A stretch of DNA of 55,726 nt, filler included, from Catajapyx aquilonaris (lineage: Eukaryota), in NCBI GenBank assembly GCA_000934665.2. It is 4 parts of 4 records of this genome, joined end to end, with 100 filler letters (N's around TTAATTAATTAA, not from the genome) between each part and the next. Parts side by side here need not be neighbours in the genome. Positions count along the whole stretch, not along the records: positions 41,907 to 55,726 come from JYFJ02007966.1; 3 more parts are not named here. One strand, written 5' to 3'. The notes below the pieces were generated by a model. That model was given only the letters and a program-made list of their open reading frames with translations, was not told where the DNA came from and ran no database searches. Each line of letters begins with the position of its first letter. Position 1 is the first letter of the stretch. A program made the position numbers and the translations under genes. Shown here in pieces: positions 46,710-55,726 of the stretch.

Positions 46710-47850
46710 TAATGAAAATTAAATAATAAATAAACTAATGAAGTAACTAATAAATGCGTAAAATACACATTCAATGAATAACTATATATATGAAATATGA
46801 TAATAATCAAGTAACTAATAAAATAACTAATTAATGAATAAAGCAATACATAGCTAAAAATAATAAATAGGTAAAATAATAACTAATAATATAATGTCGC
46901 TAAGTAGTAAATAACTAATGACCAATTGGGGATTTAAAAAACTAATTAATACACAAACAACTAATAATAATCAAATAAAATAACTCATTATCAAATAAAA
47001 TGACCTAGTAGGCTAAATAAAATAATAAATGATAAAAATAACTAGTAATAACTAATGTCCCCTTGGTAAATAAAATAACTAGTAATAACGAATGTCCACT
47101 TGGTAAATAAAATACCTATTAAATAAAACAATTTCCTAATAAATAAAATTACTAATTAATACACAAACAAACAATTATAAAATAACCTAATAAATGAAAT
47201 CATAAACAATACATGAAATCATATATAAATAAATAATCAATAATTAATAGATAATAAATAAATAACATAATAACTAATAATAAAAATAGCTAACTAGTAA
47301 ATAGCTAATGGCTAATTGGTAAATAAAATAACTAATTAATACACAAACAACCAATAATAAAATAACCTGATAAATGAAATCATAAATAATACATGAAATC
47401 ATAAATAAATAAACAATCAATAATTAATAGATAATAAATAAATAACAATAACTAATAATAAAATAGCTAACTAGTAAATAGCTATAATGGCTAATTGGTA
47501 AATAAAATAACTAATAAATAAATTAACCACCTAATAAATAATAATAACTCATTAACACAAATATCTAATAAGAAAATCAAATAACTAATTAACACAAGCA
47601 TCTAATCAGAAAATCAAATAACTAATTAACACAAACATCTAATCAGAATATCAAATAACTAGTAAACAAATAAAAAACTAGTAAACAACTAAATATATCT
47701 AGTAAACAACTAAACATCTAGTAAACAAATCAAATGATTTATATACACAAACTTACTAATGTGCAAGTAGCTAATGAGCAAATAAAATAACTAAAACCAA
47801 TTAAATAGCTACCATAACAGACAAAAATAAAAATAAAAAATAAATTTCTA
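46710..47850. repeat. A-rich low-complexity satellite-like region
   Basis: AATAACTAAT/AAATAA repeats with a ~180-bp duplication (~47150 and ~47330). Confidence 0.85.
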
Positions 47851-48869
47851 TCACACTATGACCTGAACAGTCATAGTTCATACTGACCGATTATTAGCTG
47901 ATATTAATGTTAATCTGAAGATATGATGAACAATGGTATTTACGCCCATTCGAAGGGTTCCAGATCTGGAAAAATCTGGACGAGCAGCTTTTTTCGGCCC
48001 ATAAAACGCAATAATTGCACTGCTCTGACCGTTTTACGCCCGTTTTTTTTTTTTTTAGTGAGCGTAAATTTTCTTTGGAGGTTGAAGGAATGGGAGCCGT
48101 CCCCAAAATTTTCGCTTGGCAAAACCCGCCATTGTTGGAGCATATCTAAAAAACCGTCTTGACCTATATCTAAATAATAGTGCTTGAAAAATGACAATTA
48201 CTGTCTGATCGGTACCGGCCCAAATGCAACAATGTGTGAAACCNGGGGGGGAGGGGAAACGTAACTCGTGCTGAGTTGGATAAAAAATGGCGCCACCCAG
48301 ACGCGCAAAAAAAAACCGCAAAATATTTTAGACTAAATTGCAGGAAATAGCTGAGGACTTTTATTTCGCGGAAATGTTCGTGACCCAATCCCTGTGGAAT
48401 ACAGGGAGTTGGTCGCTAAAAAATTCCGGACTAATGGCGACACTATTGCCTAACCGTCAATATCAATTTTAATTGCATATCGATTAAATTTTAATGATTT
48501 TTCTATCAATTTACAAGTTAAATTATGCGATTTGTACATTTTTTATTCGTTGAATTAATTGTATTGAAATTTAGGTGGCTCAACACTAGATGGCGTGTGT
48601 CCAAACGATCGTATCGGTTGAAGTCTTTATTCCAAACACATTGAAATGTCAAACCAGTTAATAAACGTCACCTCATGTGACAAACGGGCCACGTATTGAT
48701 CAAGGTTCACTGATCGAACTGGACCAAAACGTGCAGCGATATCGCTTGAGATAAGGAGCGATATCGACTTCCGTAAATCCTGCCATCTGTTTGTTTATCC
48801 ATAGTTTTATTAATGACATATTATATGACCCAATATATGCCTAAATTTATTATACTGCATTAATAAATA

Positions 48870-49144
48870 CAGGGTGTAAATTCTAAGCGTGTCACCAGAA
48901 AAGGTGGTGGTAGATGGCGCAGTTGTGAGCATTTTTGCGTAAGGAACTAGGGGTCGGAAACGCACCCTCACCGAGTCACTCCGCCCCGTGCCGCACGCCT
49001 CTTGCACACTGCCTGCCGCAAACTTGAAAGGGGCGTAACTCGGTGAGGGTGCGTTTCCGACCCCTAGGTCCTTATGCAAAAATGCTCACACCTGCGCCCT
49101 CTACCGCCATCTTTTCTGGTGACACGCTTAGGATTTACACCCTG
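48870..49144. mobile_element. Tc1/mariner-like foldback MITE
   Basis: TA|CAGGGTGTAAATTCTAAGCGTGTCACCAGAAAAG ... CTTTTCTGGTGACACGCTTAGGATTTACACCCTG|TA. Confidence 0.8.
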
Positions 49145-49343
49145 TATAATAAATAATAATAATATAAAATAAATTAATAGCTACAGTGCCATAAATAGGT
49201 AAATGGTGTCGTACTGGTGGCGCCACGGCAAAATAGCAAATTGAGCGCTGTATTGGTTGCTAATTCATCACTTCGATTCCTCATTTGGCCGCCAACAGTT
49301 TGTGGCTCCACCAGTACACTATTAATGCCCAGCACTGTACTGA

Positions 49344-49800
49344 CGTGATATAAAAATCAAACAATAACTGTTTGTAACGGATTTTAACGGATTTTAACGG
49401 TTTTTAAAGTTGAATACCTAATTTTGGCATGATCTAACCTGTGGTATGATTCTATAGGTCTCTAGGGCTAGATCCATCTTCTACTTGCCACGTGATATAA
49501 AAATCAAGCCAAATTAAATTAATGTTTGACTGATGTTTGTAACGGTTTTTAACGGTTTTTAAAGCTGAGTACCTAATTTTGGCATGATCTAACCTGTGGT
49601 ATGATTCTATAGGTCTCTAGGGCTAGATCCACCTTCTACTTGCCACATGATATAAAAATCAAGCCAAACTAAATTAATGTTTAACTGTTTGTAACGGTTT
49701 TAACGGTTTTTAACGGTTTTTAACGGCTTTTAAAGTTGAATACCTAATTTTGGCATGATCTAACTTCTGGTATGATCATCTAGGGCTAGATCCACATTCT
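49344..49800. repeat. ~150-bp tandem repeat, 3 copies
   Basis: TGATATAAAAATCAA..TACCTAATTTTGGCATGATCTAAC..CTAGGGCTAGATCCA recurs at ~49346, 49493 and 49648. Confidence 0.9.
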
Positions 49801-50834
49801 AATAACCCTTTCTAAGTCACCCACGTGTAAGATGGATGGTCGGGATGGCCCCGGGGCAAAACTGGGGCTGGATTGCTCAGCATTTCCGGACAATTCTATC
49901 TGCCTTAGGCTCACAGACCATCTTATAGACTTTCTCCAACCGTCATGATTGATCTATACTCGAATAGTACACGTGCTATTTTGGAAACCATAAAAACATC
50001 TATCTTCAGAGGTCATTCACTCTCTTAAGAATTGGAAATAGTTTCTAAGAAAACTTTCCATAGAAACATGTAAAGTGCCCACCTGTCGTTTTGTGGCCTA
50101 TTTTAAGGTCTTTGGGTAGTTAACATGCTGTGGAAGAGTTTGAATAGTAACATAGTAACTAGTTTTGACAAGTCACTATCTGTTGCTTATTTTTATCTCA
50201 TGGTGTCTCCAAGCAGTCTGTATGGTTGTACAAAGGTCAAGGTTCATCGGACTGGTCATAAGATAAAGTTGATTCGACATCTCTTGCCACACTTTCACCA
50301 CTAAGATATGTATTTACAGTAGTTATTAAATATGTGGGACTTTTCCCACTATTGTTTTCAAGTACCGAAAAGTTGGAAGGAAATATTCGCCATTATGACC
50401 TCGATAGGGTCATCTCTATAGAACTGTTTCCTACCCTAAGATATGTAGTTATCAACTATTATTTTTTTAGTTCAGCTAGGCCTATATCGGATGTGGTAAG
50501 TAGGACGGTTGATATCGGGTTGTAGCAAGTACCAAATGTAGATTGTTCAAGATTAGCTTAATTAGTAGGTCAGTAGATTAATTGTCTGTAAAAATTGGTT
50601 CTATGAAGTCTAATGAAGAATAGGAAATTCCCAGAATTCTTTAGGCTAAGATTGATCGTTCGTATTGGACCACTTTTGGTTCGGACCGGAATAGTTGGCC
50701 TTGAACTTGGCATAGTACGATATCACTATTGTTATCTGGAGCTCCTTCCTTCCTGTTTGCAATACTGCGCCATCAAGTGTAACGTATTTTCTAATTTGAA
50801 TATATATGAATCCAACAGTTAGGATCCGGAGTGT

Positions 50835-51720
50835 CGAAATATGTGAATATCGAGGAATATCCACGTAAATATCCGGAATATCTCAGGAATATCCACGTAA
50901 ATGTCAGGAATATCTAATGAATATCGTGGATATCCATGCAAAATGTCTGGGACACCATGAATATCCATGTGAATATTGGGGATATCTAATACATTAGTGG
51001 ATATTAATAGATATCGCGAGAATATGGGGGGTACATAATGGATACCTACAGTAGGTGAATTCGGGGTGTTAATGGACATCCATACAGATATCGTGTATAT
51101 TAATGGATGTCTTGAGAGTATCGGGAATATCACGTAAATATCAAGGATATAATTATAATGAATAATCTTGAGAATATCGGGAATATACGATATTTGTGTA
51201 TAGTGTATAATGAATATCGCGCAGAAATTGGGGATATCATGGATATCCATGTGAATATTGGGGATATATACGTATTATGGATATAATTATGTCCAGAGCC
51301 AAATGGATATATCGGGGCAAATTTCGGGGGATATCTAATGGATATATTGCCGATATCAGGGATGGCTCAGAGGTATTCATAGGAATTTCGGGTATATCAT
51401 GGATATCCATGGAAATATCGGGGATATTAATGGATATCCATACAATATGAATCTTGTGGATATAATAATGGATATATGTGAATATTGAGACATAAATGGA
51501 TATCAGTGCAAATATCGGGGATGCCTAAAAGATATTCATTGGAATTTCAGGGATTTCTAATCGATGCAATCCATACAGAACATACCTACAAGTATATCGA
51601 TACACTTATATGTTCTGTATGGATATCTGCACATCGGCACAAAAATCGTGACGATTAATGAAACTATCGATATGGATAACATGCATTCATCATATCGATT
51701 CAAGAATATCCACACTATAG
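50835..51720. repeat. Degenerate GGATATCC/ATATC low-complexity repeat
   Basis: Recurrent ATGGATATCCAT, AATATC and GGGATAT. Confidence 0.75.
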
Positions 51721-51969
51721 TTTTCCTGATGGTCCCGATTTTCGTACCGATTTTTGTGCCCAATTTTTCCTCCAGAAGATCACAGCTTTACTAACCTACT
51801 CTAGGCGCTTTCTCCGGCACGAATAGTTAGTTATGTAGTTTTCGAGGAGAACAGGATGCTCTATGCGTGACAAAAGTCTGATCCGTCTCGTTACCTCAGG
51901 TGTGAACAAGGTGTAAGAAGCGTGAGACAAGTGCTGTAACAGGTCACATCAGCACCCAGTGCGTGACCA

Positions 51970-53122
51970 TTCAAAATTTTAACTGCGAAATATAAGTTAT
52001 ATTAAATTTTGAGTGTTAAAATCAGCTAAATATTAATCTACCTGTTAAAATCAGCTAAATATTAATTTACCTGTTAAAATCAGCTAAATATTAATGTTGC
52101 CTGTTAAAATCAGCTAAATATTAATTTTACCTGTTAAATATAGCTAATATTAATTTTGTACCTGTTGCATATAGTAGCTAATATAACTTTTTACCTGTTA
52201 AATATACTGTAGCTGGTATTAATATTTAACTATTACATTTATCCAATTTTTAAAAATTTAACTTAAATTTACCTGATATTAATTTTACTTGTTAAATATA
52301 GCTAATAGTACTTTTTACCTGTCAAAATATACTGTAGCTGGTATTAACTTTTAACTATTACTTTTAGCCAATATTAAAAATATAACAGTTAAATGATTAT
52401 TTACGTAATATTGAGGTTTGACTGAAATTTATCTAATACTGTAGTGTTGAAGTTCAACTGCTAAATTTAGCCAATATTTAAAATTTGAGCTGTTAAATTG
52501 ACCTAATATTGAACTTTAACTGTTAAATTGACTTGATATTGAATTTTAACTTAAGTTTCGCCAATAGTTAAAATTTTAATATTGGCTCAAGTTAAAAATT
52601 AAAATTCAACATCAGCTGAATCTAACAGTTAAAATTTTAAATGTTAAAATTAGCTGATGTTAAATTATTACCTATTAAATTGAGCTAATATTGGCTAATT
52701 GTTAAATTATTAACTATTAAATTGAGCTAATATTGGCTAACTGTTAAATCGAGCTAATATTGAATTTTAACTATTAAATTGAGCTAATATTGAGTTTTAA
52801 CTGCTGAATTTAGCTAATATTGAATTGTAACTATTAAATTGAGATAATATTGAATTTTAACTATTAAATGGAGATACCGGTAATATTGAATTTTAACTGC
52901 AGAATGTAGCTAATATTGAATTTTAACTGCTGAATTCAGCTAATATTGAATTTTAACTCTTAGATTGAGCTAATATTGGCTAACTGTTAAATCGAGCTAA
53001 TATTGAATTTTAATGGTTGAATTGAGCTAATATTGAATTTTAATGGTTGAATTGAGCTAATATTGAATTTTAATGGTTGAATTGAGCTAATCTCGAATTT
53101 TAACTTAAATTGAGCTAATATT
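51970..53122. repeat. AT-rich ~30-bp tandem minisatellite (AGCTAATATT / TGTTAAA core)
   Basis: Units CCTGTTAAAATCAGCTAAATATTAAT and AATTGAGCTAATATTGAATTTTAAC. Confidence 0.85.
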
Positions 53123-54199
53123 ACCTTCTTGCACTAGGCAGTTAAAATGCATTTCTAATTTGTGTCCTCCTGTTAGGTTAGGTTATGCTTAGATTTTCAA
53201 AGATGGCCGCGCCTCATCACCGGTTTCGGCAGCGCCTTCGCAACATTTTCTTAACGATATAAATTCCTCACGAAAAATCGTGACCCATACACGTCGTACC
53301 CCCCTTTAAAATTCATGTTCTTGCGACTGTCTGGTTTTAGGTAGGGGGAAGGTGGCGGGGTACAGGGAGAGAGGGGGGAGACTGCCGAATTCCACCCACC
53401 ACAATCCGCCCAACTCATGATGACCTCTTGCATCATGACCACTGCTTTCACCTGTAGCTAATATCTATTTCGGTTGGCTACGCTGTTAAATATGCTAAAA
53501 CCGGCATAGTGCCCTATATGACTGGATTTTTAGCCAGCGAACACACTTGGTCAGTGACGGGTCAGTGACTTGGTCGGTACCTACTTGGTCATGACCTTTG
53601 ACCCATCAGATGTAGTGAAAGAACTTAATGGCAACACTACAATAAATTCGCACACACTTGTCACTTTTCTCCCATTTCCAAGCCTACGAGTGTGACCACC
53701 TCGCACCCACTATGAGGTCAACACTCTCCGAATATCACAGGGTGACCACCCTTCATACAGGCAAACAACCCACCGTTAGATGGACACTGGCAGCTGGTAC
53801 TATCTACATCGCACCACAGGTCACTTCCTAGATACGCGCACCAGATGTCACAGCACCAGGAGCACCTCCAGTGATATGAGGTGTTGTCGGTATGGCTTCC
53901 CGGGCCATTCTGAGCAGGAAGGCTTCTTGAGGTGGTGTTGTGCGGTGGGTGGATGGGGGAGGGAGGGTTGGTCACGTGATAAGTAGAAAAGAGGAGCAGC
54001 GATAGGAGGGTGCTGCACTTCCTCCTGGCGAATGCTGATATGGACTGCATGGGTCTGGTGTGGACAATGGAAAGGCTCCTCAGGCCATTGCGGGTAGATA
54101 AAAACCAGATTAGTGGAGTTTGGGGGGAAAAAGTCGCGGACGAACAACGGACGGTACCGTATTAAATTGTCCAAACTGTAACACAATAATTTTTATTTT

Positions 54200-54900
54200 C
54201 AACGGACAAATTTTGTCCGTTGAAAATAAAAATTATTGTGTCCCATGTCCGAATAAAACTGTAAAAGTTTGTGTCCGACTAAAATTTCGTCCGAAAAGTA
54301 AAATTTTGTCCAAATACGCTATATTTTAATCAAAATAAACAATAATTTCAGTCTAAATACAATAATTGTGTCCCGTGTCCGTATAAAATTGTAAAAGTTT
54401 TTGTCCGACTAAAATTTCGTCCAAAGTAAATATTTTGTCCAAATACGGTCCATTTGTGTCAAAAAATAAATAAATAATTTTAGTGTAAATTGTGTCCCAT
54501 GTTGTCCGAATAAAACTGAAAAAAAAATTGTCCGATTTTGTCCAACTAAAATTTCGGCGTCCAAAATAAAACTGTCAAAATACCGTATTTCTCAATTAAT
54601 AATAATTTTGATGTAATTATCATTGTGTCCCATGTTGTCCGAATAAAACTGAAAAAATCATATTGGTCCGATTTTGTCCAACTCTAGATGTCCAACTCTA
54701 GATGAAAATACTGTCCGAATTGGACGAAAATATTGGTTAAAAGTAATTTGGACAAAAAATTATGTCCAAATTGGACGAAAATATTGGCCGAAAATTTCAT
54801 CTGCCGAATAATTTTCGGACGAAAAAATTGGCCAAAAGTCATTCGGACGAACCTACTGTCCGAATTGACCGAAAATTCCACCGGCCGGAATTTTGTCCGT
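54200..54900. repeat. TGTCC/TTTCGTCC-motif repeat array with an inverted second half (same motif family at 42860-43050 and 43650-43800)
   Basis: TTGTGTCCC..GTCCGAATAAAACTG..AAATTTCGTCC units, followed by GGACGAAAA units. Confidence 0.65.
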
Positions 54901-55238
54901 AAACATTACATTACACCCAAATGTTACGTAACATACGGAACAATCCCCACACTTTTCACCCAATTGTTTACAAGGAAGCGGTACCGGACTCGCGATTACA
55001 AAACTAGTGATTAATATTTCTGTGGAAAGTTGGACATAAAGCGGAATTAACAGTTGGATCATCCCCTTAACTTGGTAACCCTGTGCCCTGCAATCCTGCG
55101 AGATCAACAGTCACGCATTTCCTGAGATAACGAAAACGTAACTGAAGAACATGAGAAGATAACAGCGATTTTGTTTCGACTAACCTAATATTTGGGTAGT
55201 CTAAAAATAACGGTGACATCTGGTATAGTGTGTACTGG

Positions 55239-55627
55239 AAGCGACAGTTTGTACGGTAAGCGACAGTTTGTACGGTAAGCGAGAGTTTGTACGGTAAGTG
55301 ATAGTTTATTTGGTAAGCGACAATTTGTACGTTAAGCGACAGTTTATATAGTATGAACTGTCGCTTACCGTATAAACTTTATACGGTAATCGACCGTTTG
55401 TACTTTAAGCGACAGTTTGTACGGTAAGCGAGAGTTTATACGGTAAATAACAGTTTATACGGTAAGCGACAATTTGTACGTTAAGCGACAGTTTATACAG
55501 TATAGTATAAACTGTCGCTTACCGTATAAACTTTATATGGTAAGCGACAGTTTGTACGTTAAGCGACAGTTTGTACGGTGAGCGACAGTTTATACGGTAA
55601 CCGACAGTTTGTCCGGGAAGCGACAGT
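55239..55627. repeat. 19-bp tandem minisatellite with periodic inverted units
   Basis: AAGCGACAGTTTGTACGGT repeats; inverted AACTGTCGCTTACCGTATAAACT at ~55356 and ~55510. Confidence 0.92.
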
Positions 55628-55726
55628 GTGTACTATTGACCGCAAAAGTAATGTCGCGACTGTTTATGTGCTTTTGTGTTTATGTGTTGGTAATCCTGGG
55701 CGCTGCCAGGTTACGGACATGTTGAT

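Noticed and set aside
53251..53451. Possible exon behind a ctacag acceptor on the minus strand
   Set aside because: No recognisable product or partner exon, and it overlaps a motif shared with the MITE at 2994-3347.

Overview
Eukaryotic, AT-rich, repeat-dense animal DNA; the gene set and short GT-AG introns suggest an arthropod, possibly a crustacean (inference). The window is not one locus. Four ~13.8-13.9 kb pieces (1-13858, 13959-27858, 27959-41806, 41907-55726) are joined by identical artificial 100-bp spacers (N44-TTAATTAATTAA-N44). Piece 1 holds a six-exon, ~1300-aa multi-Tudor gene (+). It is followed on the same strand by an isolated terminal exon matching the C-terminal dsRBD of Loquacious/TRBP/PACT, which is absent from the ORF track, and then by a convergent, frameshifted ecdysteroid-kinase-like pseudogene. 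Piece 2 holds two 5' exons of a CAP/venom-allergen-like gene (-) among many foldback MITEs, including a 1.3-kb near-palindrome. Piece 3 holds the 3' seven exons of a soluble ACE (peptidase M2) gene, a deleted Chapaev3 transposon and an Academ-like Cys-finger fragment. Piece 4 holds two 5' exons of an unidentified gene (-) plus satellites. A tRNA-derived SINE with a LINE-like stem-loop tail occurs three times. The best novelty candidate is the Tudor / Loqs-dsRBD3 juxtaposition (nested gene, chimera or duplicated relic). All calls come from manual reading; no searches were run.
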